A DNA stretch of 64,000 nucleotides, from positions 71,742 to 135,741 of the forward strand of contig CAVVBY010000035.1 of the NCBI GenBank assembly GCA_963746685.1, given 5' to 3'. The stretch comes from an uncultured Bacteroidales bacterium (GTDB taxonomy: Bacteria > Bacteroidota > Bacteroidia > Bacteroidales > VadinHA17). The notes below the pieces were generated by a model. That model was not told where the DNA came from, did not search any database, and was given only the letters and a program-made list of their open reading frames with translations. Made by a program: the position numbers and the translations under genes. Positions 47,510-57,906 of the stretch are shown here, piece after piece. Each line of letters starts with the position of its first letter. The first letter of the stretch is position 1.

Positions 47510-47842
47510 ATGGGATCCAACGAATTTGAGAAAGGTAAAGCCTTCAGTTTTAATGATTCAATTGAATACTCGGATGGAGGTATTGTAAGCAAAACGGTAC
47601 TGAATAAGGAAACCGGGAATATCTCTCTCTTTTCTTTTGACAAGGGAGAAGCACTTAGCGAACATACTGCACCATTTGATGCTATGATTCAGGTAGTCGA
47701 GGGGGAAGGCGAGATAATAATAGGAGGGAAGTCAAATATTCTTGCTGCCGGTCAGAGCATCATTATGCCTGCCAATATACCACATGAAGTTAAGGCATTG
47801 GAGAAATTTAAGATGGTACTGACTATGATTAAAAGTAAATAA
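47510..47842 (+). CDS. cupin domain protein
   Basis: 110 aa. Cupin motifs HTAPFDAMIQVVEGEG and MPANIPHEV. Confidence 0.75.
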   Translation: MGSNEFEKGKAFSFNDSIEYSDGGIVSKTVLNKETGNISLFSFDKGEALSEHTAPFDAMIQVVEGEGEIIIGGKSNILAAGQSIIMPANIPHEVKALEKFKMVLTMIKSK

Positions 47843-47844
47843 AT

Positions 47845-47931
47845 GGTTTGCGGTACGGGGTGCGGGGTATGGGGAAAACCAATCCGCTTTTATTATGTTT
47901 TTCCTCATACCCCTACCACGTACCCCGGACC
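47845..47931. repeat. paired heptamer arrays (ggtttgc ggtacgg ggtgcgg ggtatgg ggaaaac / cctcata cccctac cacgtac cccggac)
   Basis: Starts 3 nt after the cupin stop and ends 5 nt before the convergent DUF47 stop. The arms form an imperfect inverted repeat of about 28 nt. Confidence 0.7.
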
Positions 47932-47935
47932 ATTC

Positions 47936-48586
47936 TTATGCCATCTTAATCAGAATTGCTCTTATAACATCTGTTACATCCTCTTCTTCATCGACTGTCC
48001 TTTCAAGGATTTCCAGTATCTTGTTATTTTTCAGGAGCTCGGCAGCGTCTTTCTCTTTGTCAAAAAGCTCAGCAACTGCGACGTAATAGTACTCATCAGT
48101 TTTGTGCTCAATTTCCTTTACTTTGGCACAAGCCTGCAGAATCTCTTTCTTGTTTGCAGCAACATCGTTCAGGGAATGGACACAAACCTCAATTTCAAGG
48201 GCTGCGGCATGGATCATTTCTGCCATTTCTTTATAAACTTCCATAAGTTTCTTGGGTTTGTAAAGGCAGATCCTCCGGCTTACTCCGTCAATTGAATCCA
48301 CAACATCATCAATACTTGCTGTCAGTTCATGAATATCCTCCCTGTCAAAAGGAGTAATGAATGATTTGTTAAGGGCCTGAAATGATCTGTCAGTTATCTC
48401 ATCGCCAATATGCTCCACTTCCTTGATCTCCTTATGCAGCTTTTCATGAGTTTCAGGATCAGTGCTTGACATTTGTTTTCTGAGAAGTTCTGTAGCTTTT
48501 ACGAGATTTCTTGCATCCTCTTCAAAAAGCGGGTAAAACGAATGGTCTTTAGGAACAAAAAATTTAAGAAACTTATCTATGTTCAT
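47936..48586 (-). CDS. DUF47/PhoU-like putative phosphate-transport regulator, second copy
   Basis: Paralogue of 13019..13669 (shared ...FYPLFE..., IDGVSRR and HKTDEYY-type helices). Adjacent to a PiT gene. Confidence 0.8.
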   Translation of the reverse strand: MNIDKFLKFFVPKDHSFYPLFEEDARNLVKATELLRKQMSSTDPETHEKLHKEIKEVEHIGDEITDRSFQALNKSFITPFDREDIHELTASIDDVVDSIDGVSRRICLYKPKKLMEVYKEMAEMIHAAALEIEVCVHSLNDVAANKKEILQACAKVKEIEHKTDEYYYVAVAELFDKEKDAAELLKNNKILEILERTVDEEEDVTDVIRAILIKMA

Positions 48587-48640
48587 ATATTGGTTTATTT
48601 TATTGGTTTATTTTAATAATTACATGTCTTTTAATATTTA

Positions 48641-49639
48641 TTACATAGCTGGAAAAACCAAAGTAAAAAAGAAATACATTGTACCCCCAATGACCGCTGA
48701 TACGGGAATTGTGAGTATCCATGCCCAGAAGATTTTTCTAGTTACTCCCCATTTAACTGCAGAAAGACCTTTTCTGGCTCCCACTCCCATAATGGCTCCA
48801 GTAATCGTATGCGTTGTACTGACAGGTATCCCCAAAGAAGTAGCGCCAAAAAGAGTAAGAGTTCCCGCTGTCTCAGCGCAAAAACCTTCAAAAGGTTTTA
48901 GTTTAGTTATCTTCTGTCCCATGGTCTTGACAATTCTCCATCCTCCGAATAATGTGCCCAAAGCAATCGCTGCCTGGCATGATAGAATGACCCACATAGC
49001 AGGACGTCCATCAGTTGGGGAGGCCAGGCCTTTGACTATCAGGGCTGCCCAGATTATTCCCATGGATTTCTGGGCATCATTACCTCCATGACCTAAACTA
49101 AATAATGAAGAAGAAATAAGCTGAAGCCGCCGGAACAATTTGTCAATTTTAAATGGAGCCATTTTTCGGCATAAATAGACAACGGTGGTTGAGATGATAA
49201 ATGACAAAACCATACCAAGAAACGGAGCAATAAAAATAAATGCAACTATTTTCAAAACGCCTGATACAACTACGGAACTGGTTCCCGAATGTACAATTGA
49301 AGCACCAACAAGTCCACCAACCAATGTATGTGATGAGCTTGACGGAAGCCCCCACCACCAGGTTACGAGGTTCCAGGTTATTGCAGCAAATAGGGCTCCG
49401 GCAATTACCGTATGATTAAGGACATCAACATTAACTACTCCTTTCCCAATAGTGTGAGCTACTTTCATCGGAAATACGGTAAATGCAATGAAATTGAAAA
49501 ATGCTGCCATGGAGACTGCTGCCAGTGGAGAAAGAACTTTTGTTGAAACAACAGTTGCTATGGAGTTGGCAGAATCATGAAACCCATTTATGAAGTCAAA
49601 AATTATAGCTAAGGTAACAACAATATACAGAGAGGTCAT
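48641..49639 (-). CDS. inorganic phosphate transporter, PiT family, second copy
   Basis: GFHDSANSIATVVST and GHGGNDAQKSMG half-repeats. Confidence 0.9.
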   Translation of the reverse strand: MTSLYIVVTLAIIFDFINGFHDSANSIATVVSTKVLSPLAAVSMAAFFNFIAFTVFPMKVAHTIGKGVVNVDVLNHTVIAGALFAAITWNLVTWWWGLPSSSSHTLVGGLVGASIVHSGTSSVVVSGVLKIVAFIFIAPFLGMVLSFIISTTVVYLCRKMAPFKIDKLFRRLQLISSSLFSLGHGGNDAQKSMGIIWAALIVKGLASPTDGRPAMWVILSCQAAIALGTLFGGWRIVKTMGQKITKLKPFEGFCAETAGTLTLFGATSLGIPVSTTHTITGAIMGVGARKGLSAVKWGVTRKIFWAWILTIPVSAVIGGTMYFFFTLVFPAM

Positions 49640-49808
49640 TTTTCACAGATTAGAAACTACATAAGAACTTAATTATAATGATTTGGTTAAAATAGGAGGA
49701 CTTATGATATGACCTCATGAGATTCTGGTATTTTAATCAGGTGACCAAAATTATAAAAATATTTGTATTTTTATAAGTTAATCAATCTAATTTTTAAAAA
49801 CAATTACT

Positions 49809-51266
49809 ATGAACGACATACGCAAACTTGAGCCTGTGCAGGTATGGAATTATTTCCATGAAATTACACAGATTCCTCGTCCTTCAAAAAAAGAAAAGAA
49901 AATTGCAGAATTTGTTGTCAAATTTGCCAAAGATCATAAACTTGAAGTAATAGTTGACAAAGTCGGCAATGTTATTGTAAGAAAACAGGCAACAAAAGGA
50001 ATGGAGAATCGCAAAGGAGTGATCCTCCAGGTTCACCTTGACATGGTCCCTCAGAAAAACAGCGATAAAAAACATGATTTTGAGAAGGACCCTATTGAAA
50101 CATTGATCGACGGAGATTGGGTCAAAGCTAATGGCACAACGCTCGGTTCAGACAACGGGATAGGAGTCTCTGCTGCCCTGGCAGTTCTGGCAGCAAAAGA
50201 TATCCAGCATGGTCCGCTGGAAGCACTTTTTACCATAGATGAAGAAACCGGGATGACTGGCGCTTTCGGACTTAAAAAAGGTCTTCTCCACGGCGACATT
50301 CTTATGAATCTGGATTCAGAAGATGAGGGTGAACTTTATGTAGGTTGTGCCGGAGGAATTGATGTAAGTGCCACTAAAAAATATCAGGAAGAAAAATCTC
50401 CCAGAGGAATGGTTGCATATCGAATTACTGCGAAAGGACTGAAGGGAGGCCATTCAGGTGTTGACATTGCTCTTGCCAGGGCTAATTCAAATAAAATAAT
50501 GTTCAGATTCCTGATGCAGGCAGAATCTGATTTTAAAATCAGACTTTCTGAAGCAGCAGGGGGTGACCTTCGCAATGCAATTCCGCGTGAATCTTATTCA
50601 GTTGTTCTTGTTACAGGTGTAAAAGCAAAGGAATTTGAAAAATTTGTGAAGGGATACGATAAAATGTACAAAGCTGAATTCGCCGAAACTGAACCAACAA
50701 TATCTTTTACATGCAAGAAGGTTGAGCTTCCGGAAAAGGTAATGAACAAGGATGATCAGTTCAAAATCATCCGTGCTGTATTCGCTTGCCCTAATGGCGT
50801 GCAAAGGATGAGCCAGGCGATGAAGGGGCTGGTGGAGACATCAAATAATCTTGCAATAGTAAAATGTAAGGATGGCAAGTTTGAGGCCCATAACCTTACC
50901 CGGAGTTCGGTTGACTCATCAAAGATATCGACTGCATGGCGAATTGCCGCTGTGTTTCATCTGATTGATGCCAAGGTCACACTGACAGGCAGCTATCCTG
51001 GATGGAAACCTAATATGGAATCTCCGATATTGAAAACGATGAGTGGAATCTATAAAAAAATGTACGGTAAAGTTCCTGAAATTAAGGCGATACATGCCGG
51101 TCTCGAGTGCGGCTTACTTGGAGGAGTTTATCCGAATCTCGATATGATTTCATTCGGGCCGACAATAAAGTATCCGCACAGTCCGGATGAAAAAGTGTTT
51201 ATACCATCGGTTAAGAAGTTTTTTGATTTTCTCTGCGAAACTTTGAAGCAGGTACCAGTAAAATAA
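49809..51266 (+). CDS. pepD: aminoacyl-histidine dipeptidase (M20 family)
   Basis: QIPRPSKKE start region, HLDMVPQK, SDNGIGVSAALAVL and TIDEETGMTGA. Confidence 0.9.
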   Translation: MNDIRKLEPVQVWNYFHEITQIPRPSKKEKKIAEFVVKFAKDHKLEVIVDKVGNVIVRKQATKGMENRKGVILQVHLDMVPQKNSDKKHDFEKDPIETLIDGDWVKANGTTLGSDNGIGVSAALAVLAAKDIQHGPLEALFTIDEETGMTGAFGLKKGLLHGDILMNLDSEDEGELYVGCAGGIDVSATKKYQEEKSPRGMVAYRITAKGLKGGHSGVDIALARANSNKIMFRFLMQAESDFKIRLSEAAGGDLRNAIPRESYSVVLVTGVKAKEFEKFVKGYDKMYKAEFAETEPTISFTCKKVELPEKVMNKDDQFKIIRAVFACPNGVQRMSQAMKGLVETSNNLAIVKCKDGKFEAHNLTRSSVDSSKISTAWRIAAVFHLIDAKVTLTGSYPGWKPNMESPILKTMSGIYKKMYGKVPEIKAIHAGLECGLLGGVYPNLDMISFGPTIKYPHSPDEKVFIPSVKKFFDFLCETLKQVPVK

Positions 51267-51278
51267 ATCGGCCTCACC

Positions 51279-53115
51279 CCATAGGGGGTGTCTAAAAAGT
51301 CAAAGCTACGTTGTTAATAAATAGATAATAAAATGGGGATGAAATGGCTGTTTCATCCCCTTGTTTATTCTCTAATTTGTTATAAATTAGAGATATAACA
51401 AACATCTTATGGCTAAGATAGTATTTAAAAAAGACAAAAGCAATCAAATGTTGCTATTTCCACCGGATATTGGAAGTTTAATTCCCGATAAATCATTTAG
51501 TTAGAGTGGTTGATAAAGTTATTAACCAGATTAAGTTAGCACCTCTTTTTGATACTTATAAGGGAGGAGGCGCGAGCAGCTATTCTCCAAGGATGATGTT
51601 AAAAGTACTCACCTATGCCTACATAGAGAAGATCTATACAACCCGCAGGATAGAAAAAGCGCTGAGAGAGAATGTAAATTTTATGTGGATAAGCGGGATG
51701 AGTACTCCTGACCACGGGACAATACACAACTTTCAGGGCAAAAAGGATGAAAGAAGCGGTAGAAGATGTTTTTAGCTCAGTGGTGGGAGTTTTAATAGAG
51801 TCAGGATATGTAAAGGCTGAAAATCTTTTTGTTGACGGGACTAAGATAGAGGCTAATGCAAACAGGTACAGTTACATATGGAAGAAGAATGTAGAAAGGC
51901 AAGCATCCATGACTAAAGAAAAAGTAAAAAAGCTGTTATCTCACATTGAACAACTTCAGAAAGAAGAAGATGAAGAATATGGGACAAATAACCTGGAAGA
52001 GCTGGAGGGAGACATTACATCGGATCAGGTTGAAAAACTTGTAGAAGATATAAACCAGAAACTAAGTAAAAAGGTAAAATCAAAGCAAGCAGCCTCTGAT
52101 GTTGCAAAACTGAAAAAGGAATATGTTCCAAGGCTGAAGAAGTATGAGCAGCAGAAAGATATGCTTCAACAACGCAACAGTTGTTCAAAGACTGACAGAG
52201 ATGCTACTTTCTTCAGGATGAAAGAGGACCATTTGGGAACGAGTCAGTTGAAACCAGGTTACAATGTTCAGATAGCAACAGAGAATCAGTTTATTTTAGG
52301 CTACGGGGTATATCAAAAAGCCGCAGACACATCTGTATTTATACCTTTCATGAACAGGGTAAAGACACAATTAAAAATAAAACCTGAAAATATTATAGCA
52401 GATGCAGGATATGGGAGCATAGAAAACTACGATTTTATATCAGATGATAACATCGGTAACTATGTAAAATACAACAATTTTGACTACGAGAAAAGGAAGG
52501 GCTCATAAAAACAAGGCCTTCCTTTCAGATCATTTTGAGTATGACCAGAAGAAAGATCAATATAAATGTCCTGCAGGACAAATCCTGGATTATATCGGTA
52601 TAAAAGAAACTAAAAATGACAGTGGTTATAAAATCAGGCGAAAAGTATATAAATCAAGATGTTGTGACAAATGTCCATTCAAAAGCTTATGCTGCAAAGG
52701 GAAAAATGACAGAACAATAGAGATCAGTCCAAGGCTTATTTATTATAAGGAAATAGTAAGACATAATCTGGAATCAGAAAAGGGAATAAAACTACGCTCT
52801 CAGAGAGGTGTTGATGTCGAATCTGTCTTTGGCCAAATAAAACATAATAACCAGTTCAGACGATTTTATACCCGTGGGCTTAAGAATGTAAATACAGAAT
52901 GGGGAATTATCAGTATTGCACATAATATAAAGAAGATGGCCAACTAGCCATCTCCTTTTTTATCCATGATCATAGGAATATTAAAAAGTTTATCCTGAAA
53001 AAGTATTACAAAAGTTAAATCTGTACTTTTACTTTTTCAACACCCCTTGTCATGCCCGCCAGCTGGCGGGTCATGACGGGGTGGTTCAATTGACTTTTTC
53101 GACATCCCCTTATGG
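51279..53115 (+). mobile_element. IS1182-family insertion sequence (about 1.84 kb) with imperfect terminal inverted repeats
   Basis: IRL 51279-51303 ccatagggggtgtctaaaaagtcaa versus the reverse complement of IRR 53090-53115, ccataaggggatgtcgaaaaagtcaa. Subterminal hairpins at 51335-51360 and 53041-53083. I could not see a target-site duplication. Confidence 0.8.
51409..52947 (+). pseudogene. IS1182-family DDE transposase, read in four frame segments (three +1 shifts)
   Basis: N-terminal MAKIVFKKDKSNQMLLFPPDIGSLIPD / NHLVRVVDKVI, a DUF772-like region, and a C-terminal CPAG...CDKCPFKSLCC...RSQRGVDVESVFGQIKHN. The shifts are at A3 51490-51492, A5 51740-51744 and the A4/G3 tract 52491-52501. Confidence 0.8.
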
Positions 53116-53172
53116 ATTTCAGCAGAATAAAAAAGAATTGTAAATTTACTTTCTTTCAAAACATGCTGAAAA

Positions 53173-53697
53173 ATGGCTGACAAAGTTCTAATAACCTATG
53201 CAAGCCGCACAGGATCAACTGCCGGAGTTGCTGATGCCATTGGCAAAACTCTTGCCGATCTCGGAGAAGAGGTTGACATCCTCCGGATGCGGGATGTTAA
53301 AGATTTAGCTGTTTATAAAGCTGTCGTTGCCGGCAGCGCCATCCAGGCAGGGAAATGGCTGCCTGAGGCAATGGAATTTGTTCAGAAGAATCGCAATGCC
53401 CTTGCTCAGAAGCCTTTTGCTGCATTCCTGGTCTGCATGACCCTGGCAATGCCAAAAGCTGATGAATACCGGCAAACTGTTTCAGCATGGTTCGATCCAG
53501 TAAGGTCGCTGGTGAAACCGGTAAGTGAAGGACTCTTTGCCGGAGCGCTCAGTACCAGCAAAATCCGCTCCTTAAGCGACAGACTTAAATTTCGGCTGAG
53601 CGTTATACTCGGAGTATGGAAAGAAGGTGATCACCGCGACTGGAAAGCAATTAACGACTGGGCAAAAAGCCTGGTTCCGCATTTCAATAAAATTTAA
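53173..53697 (+). CDS. flavodoxin-domain protein (HemG/flavodoxin_5-like)
   Basis: VLITYASRTGSTAGVA flavodoxin P-loop-like start. 174 aa. Confidence 0.75.
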   Translation: MADKVLITYASRTGSTAGVADAIGKTLADLGEEVDILRMRDVKDLAVYKAVVAGSAIQAGKWLPEAMEFVQKNRNALAQKPFAAFLVCMTLAMPKADEYRQTVSAWFDPVRSLVKPVSEGLFAGALSTSKIRSLSDRLKFRLSVILGVWKEGDHRDWKAINDWAKSLVPHFNKI

Positions 53698-53707
53698 TTT
53701 CAAATAT

Positions 53708-54460
53708 ATGGCTGAAGAATATCCTGAATATTTTGCCAGGTTTTATGATCTGATCTACCATCAGATTCGTGACGGAGTTGATAACAAATTCTATCTCGGG
53801 AAAATAGAGAATACGAAAGGGAAAGTTTTGGAGGTCGGTACAGGAACAGGCCGCCTGCTGATCGAAGCCCTTGAAAACGGTGCTGATATTTATGGCATCG
53901 ACATAAGCCCTTCAATGCTGGATTTCCTGAAAGCAAAACTTACTCCTGAGCACAGGGAAAGAATAAGCCTTCAGAATATTGTTGATTTTAAGCTTGACAC
54001 AAAGTTTGACCTGATAATTGCCCCCTTCAGGGTGTTTATGCATCTGATTGAAAAAGAGGACCAGCTAAATGCTTTGAATAATGTGTTTGATCATTTAAGC
54101 CAGGATGGACAATTCATTTTAGATGTGTTTGTCCCGGACTTAAAGCCGCTCATCACAGGACTTAACAATGTAATTGATTTCGTGGGGGAATATGAACCGG
54201 GAAACAGGATCAAAAGAACCACTTCAACAAAACCAGATATCATAAATCAAATCATAAATATCACCTTCAGGTTTGAATGGAATGAAGGGTCCTCAAACTA
54301 CAGCAAGGAATGGAAAACTCCCATGAGGTTCTTTTTCAGGTTTGAGCTTGAGCATCTGATAGAGCGTTCAAAATTTAATAAATACAGGATTGAAGGAGAC
54401 TTTAGGGGAAATGAACTTGATTATGATTCAAAGGAGTTTGTTATAACATGCACAAAATAA
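53708..54460 (+). CDS. class I SAM-dependent methyltransferase
   Basis: Motif I VLEVGTGTGRLL followed by an acidic post-I residue (YGIDIS). Start taken at MAEEYPEYF. Confidence 0.8.
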   Translation: MAEEYPEYFARFYDLIYHQIRDGVDNKFYLGKIENTKGKVLEVGTGTGRLLIEALENGADIYGIDISPSMLDFLKAKLTPEHRERISLQNIVDFKLDTKFDLIIAPFRVFMHLIEKEDQLNALNNVFDHLSQDGQFILDVFVPDLKPLITGLNNVIDFVGEYEPGNRIKRTTSTKPDIINQIINITFRFEWNEGSSNYSKEWKTPMRFFFRFELEHLIERSKFNKYRIEGDFRGNELDYDSKEFVITCTK

Positions 54461-54471
54461 TTACGGATTCA

Positions 54472-56691
54472 ATGAAATCAAAATTTATTCTTCTTACAGT
54501 TTTATTTTCTTTAGCTGGGTTAGTCTCATGTACAGACAAAAGGAATGAACCTGTTGATTATGTCAATCCTTACATGGGTAATATCAGCCATCTGCTTGTT
54601 CCTACATACCCAACGGTGAGCCTGCCAAACAGCATGTTGCGATTCTACCCGAACAGGGATAATTTTACTACCGGCAATATACAGGGATTTCCACTTAATG
54701 TGGTTTCGCACCGTTCAGGGAAGGTTTTTAACCTGAGTCCATTTGAAGGAGATATAAGAGAAATAAATGGGAATATATTGTACACATATGATAATGAAAT
54801 CATTACTCCGTACAGCTATTCTGTTGTACTTGATGAACCTGACATTGATGTAAAATTCATCCCTGCCGAAAAATCAGGTATTTATTCTTTCCGTTTCAAT
54901 GAAGGCAGTGATCCGGGCATTATCCTGAAAACCATGAATCAGGGAGAACTTTCATTTGAAGAAAACTCTATATCAGGATATGATACTTTTAATGAAGTCA
55001 AAGCGTACCTGTATCTTGAATTTGACAGGAAGCCTGAAAATGTAAAAGTTCGCGACAGGGATGTTGTTTCTGATTATACTTCCGTCAAGGGTAACAGGAT
55101 CGCAATAATTGCTAGTTTTAATAATGGAAGCACATCCGAAATAAAAATCCGTTACGGTTTATCCTACATCAGCGCTGAACAAGCCAGAAAGAACCTGCAG
55201 AATGATATCTCAGGCTGGAACCTGAATGAAATATCCGAAATTGCAAAGGCAAAATGGAATTCGGTCCTTTCAAAAGTAGAGATAGAAGGAGGTTCTGAAA
55301 ACCAGAAGAGCGTATTTTATACTTCTCTTTACCGCTGTTTTGAAAGAATGGTTGATATTACCGAGGACGGAAAATACTTCAGCATTTGGAGCAACAAGGT
55401 CGAACCATCAAATGACACCGCTTTTTATACTGACGACTGGGTGTGGGATACCCATCTTGCATTGCACCCATTGCAGGTTATCCTGAATCCTGCTAAACAG
55501 GATGCAAAAATCTCTTCATATATCCGGATGGCAAGACAATCGGGATGGATGCCGACATTCCCGACAATTTCAGGTGATAACCATGCGATGAACGGGAATC
55601 ATTCAGCAGCAGTTTTCCTTGATGCATGGAACAAAGGGATCCGCAGTTTTAATCTCGAGGAAGCATATAATCACCTTAAAAATACGATCCTTCATGAAAC
55701 AAAGCTTCCCTGGGTAAGGGACAGCTCAACCTGGCTTGATGCATTTTATGATAAAAAAGGATACTTCCCCGCACTCAGAAAAGACGAACCTGAAACATGT
55801 CCAAAGGTCCACTCCTTTGAGAAACGGCAGGCAGTTGCCATAACCCTTGCATCGAGTTACGACGACTGGTGCATGGCACAGATGGCAAAAGAGCTCGGTA
55901 AAGACGATGATTACAGCTTCTTTATTAAAAGGAGCCTTAATTACAGAAACCTGTTTAAGAATGATACCGGATTTTATCATCCAAAAGACAGTACCGGAAA
56001 TTGGATTGAGCCTTTCGATTACCGGTATGACGGCGGTATGGGGGCGCGTGATTACTACGATGAAAACAACGGCTGGACATATATCTGGCAGCCTTATCAT
56101 GCATTCAATGATCTCATAAAAATGATGGGAGGACCAGATAAATTTGAGAGTAAACTCGACAGGCTGTTCAGCGAGGGACTGGGAAAATCAAAATGGCAGT
56201 ATTATTCTACCATGCCCGATGCCACAGGAAACGTAGGGCAGTTTGTTATGGGCAATGAACCATCGATGCACATAGCCTACCTTTACAACCTTGCTGGTAA
56301 GCCCTGGAAAACCCAGAAAAGGGTCCGGATGCTCATGGATACCTGGTTCAGGAATGACCTTATGGGTGTTCCGGGTGACGAAGACGGAGGAGGCTTATCG
56401 GCATTCTATGTCTTCTCAGCAATGGGTTTCTATCCGATCACACCCGGCGTTCCCGAATACCAGATCGGAAGTCCGCTTTTCAGCAAAGTAAAAATCCGGC
56501 TTCAGAATGGAAAAACCTTTACTGTGGTCGCAAAAAATAACAGTGCAGTCAATAAGTACATTCAGTCGGCAAAGCTGAATGGGAAGGAATTGACAAAACC
56601 TGTTTTCACTCATACCGATCTTACCAATGGCGGGACACTTATTCTCGAAATGGGAAGCAAGCCAAACAAAATTTGGGGTACTTTGCAATGA
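54472..56691 (+). CDS. GH92 alpha-mannosidase lipoprotein
   Basis: Lipobox GLVSC, VNPYMGN, GWMPTFP, and GDEDGGGLSAFYVFSAMGFYP characteristic of GH92. Confidence 0.9.
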   Translation: MKSKFILLTVLFSLAGLVSCTDKRNEPVDYVNPYMGNISHLLVPTYPTVSLPNSMLRFYPNRDNFTTGNIQGFPLNVVSHRSGKVFNLSPFEGDIREINGNILYTYDNEIITPYSYSVVLDEPDIDVKFIPAEKSGIYSFRFNEGSDPGIILKTMNQGELSFEENSISGYDTFNEVKAYLYLEFDRKPENVKVRDRDVVSDYTSVKGNRIAIIASFNNGSTSEIKIRYGLSYISAEQARKNLQNDISGWNLNEISEIAKAKWNSVLSKVEIEGGSENQKSVFYTSLYRCFERMVDITEDGKYFSIWSNKVEPSNDTAFYTDDWVWDTHLALHPLQVILNPAKQDAKISSYIRMARQSGWMPTFPTISGDNHAMNGNHSAAVFLDAWNKGIRSFNLEEAYNHLKNTILHETKLPWVRDSSTWLDAFYDKKGYFPALRKDEPETCPKVHSFEKRQAVAITLASSYDDWCMAQMAKELGKDDDYSFFIKRSLNYRNLFKNDTGFYHPKDSTGNWIEPFDYRYDGGMGARDYYDENNGWTYIWQPYHAFNDLIKMMGGPDKFESKLDRLFSEGLGKSKWQYYSTMPDATGNVGQFVMGNEPSMHIAYLYNLAGKPWKTQKRVRMLMDTWFRNDLMGVPGDEDGGGLSAFYVFSAMGFYPITPGVPEYQIGSPLFSKVKIRLQNGKTFTVVAKNNSAVNKYIQSAKLNGKELTKPVFTHTDLTNGGTLILEMGSKPNKIWGTLQ

Positions 56692-57836
56692 CATCAGATT
56701 TTGACGTGATAATTTCCGGGGCCGGTCCTGCAGGATGCACTGCTGCACTTGCACTTGGTTCGTCAGGACTTAAAGTTGCATTGATCGAAAAGGACAAATT
56801 CCCCCGTGAAAAAGTTTGTGGTGATGCTATTCCTGCATATGTGCCAAAAGTCCTGAATACAATTAATCCTGCATATGCCGGAGCTTTTAAGGGATTAGCT
56901 GAAAAGAAAGAGGCTTATGTGTGCCGTTTTACGGCTCCCAACGGAAAATTTCTTGATCTGAAATTCTCAGAGAATGGATTCGTTTGTAAACGCCTGATTT
57001 TTGATAATTTTCTTTTTGAGCTTGTATGTAAGCTTCAAAACATTACCGTTTACCCGGAGACTGCTGTCAGAGAAATTAATTTAAACGGGAATGGAGTATC
57101 AGTCATTGCCGGTGATAATCTTAAACTGAAGTCAAGCGTGGTGATAGGCTGTGATGGAGCTACCAGCATAATTAGAAAAAATCTGGCCGGAGCTAAAATC
57201 GATACAATTAAAGGTTCCGTTGCTTTCCGGGCGTATTTTAAAAACGTAAAGGGTAATCCCCCGGGAACTCTTGAGTTTCATTTTCTGAAAGATTTGCTCC
57301 CTGGATATTTCTGGATATTTCCCATGTCGGATAACAAGTTCAATGTAGGACTGGGTATGCCTTCAAAAGTCGTTTCTGAAAAAAAAATCAATCTCAGAAA
57401 TGAGCTGCTAAGGATTATTGAAACGGACCCAAATTTGAGTCCACGGTTTTCAGGCGCAGAAATGACAGGCGAAATCAAAGGACATATTTTACCTGTGTGC
57501 AGTCGAAAAATTTCCTTATCAGGAAATAGCTACATGCTTTGTGGCGACGCGGCATCACTTGTTAATCCTGCAACCGGAGCCGGAATCGGACAGGCAATGC
57601 AATCAGGAAGGTTTGCCGGCTGGCAGGTTCTGAAATGTTTTGAAAAGAATGACTTCTCAGCAAATTTTATGAGTTCTTATGATAATATGGTTTATGACAA
57701 ATTATGGCACGAAAACAAAAACTGCCTGTTGATACGGGATCATATTTTAAAATATCCGTGGAGGTTGAATAAGGTTATCAGTACAGGGTCAAAGAGCAAA
57801 TTTGTTTACAACACAATTTTAAAAGCGTTGAAATAA
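56688..57836 (+). CDS. geranylgeranyl-reductase-family FAD-dependent oxidoreductase
   Basis: DVIISGAGPAGCTAALAL dinucleotide-binding motif, KVCGDAIP, and GDAASLVNPATGAGIGQA. The ATG overlaps the GH92 stop (ATGA). Confidence 0.8.
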   Translation: MTSDFDVIISGAGPAGCTAALALGSSGLKVALIEKDKFPREKVCGDAIPAYVPKVLNTINPAYAGAFKGLAEKKEAYVCRFTAPNGKFLDLKFSENGFVCKRLIFDNFLFELVCKLQNITVYPETAVREINLNGNGVSVIAGDNLKLKSSVVIGCDGATSIIRKNLAGAKIDTIKGSVAFRAYFKNVKGNPPGTLEFHFLKDLLPGYFWIFPMSDNKFNVGLGMPSKVVSEKKINLRNELLRIIETDPNLSPRFSGAEMTGEIKGHILPVCSRKISLSGNSYMLCGDAASLVNPATGAGIGQAMQSGRFAGWQVLKCFEKNDFSANFMSSYDNMVYDKLWHENKNCLLIRDHILKYPWRLNKVISTGSKSKFVYNTILKALK

Positions 57837-57906
57837 TACAATATAATGCAGCATTCCTGAAAACTGTCCGTATTTTGTTTATCATTTAATTACCTAACCT
57901 GAACAA

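Noticed and set aside
47843-48295. 150-aa ORF after the cupin gene.
   Set aside because: It starts in the heptamer array and then runs antisense to the well-supported DUF47 gene.
51409-52947. Programmed ribosomal frameshifting in the IS transposase (A-rich sites at 51490 and 51740).
   Set aside because: Three separate shifts are needed, all in the +1 direction. IS1182-family transposases are normally single ORFs. The same +1 pattern occurs in unrelated housekeeping genes in this window, so error or decay is the simpler explanation.
53173-53697. Flavodoxin gene as cargo acquired with the IS (it looks more G+C-rich by eye).
   Set aside because: It lies outside the IS inverted repeats. I did not compute composition, so the impression is too weak to report as a finding.
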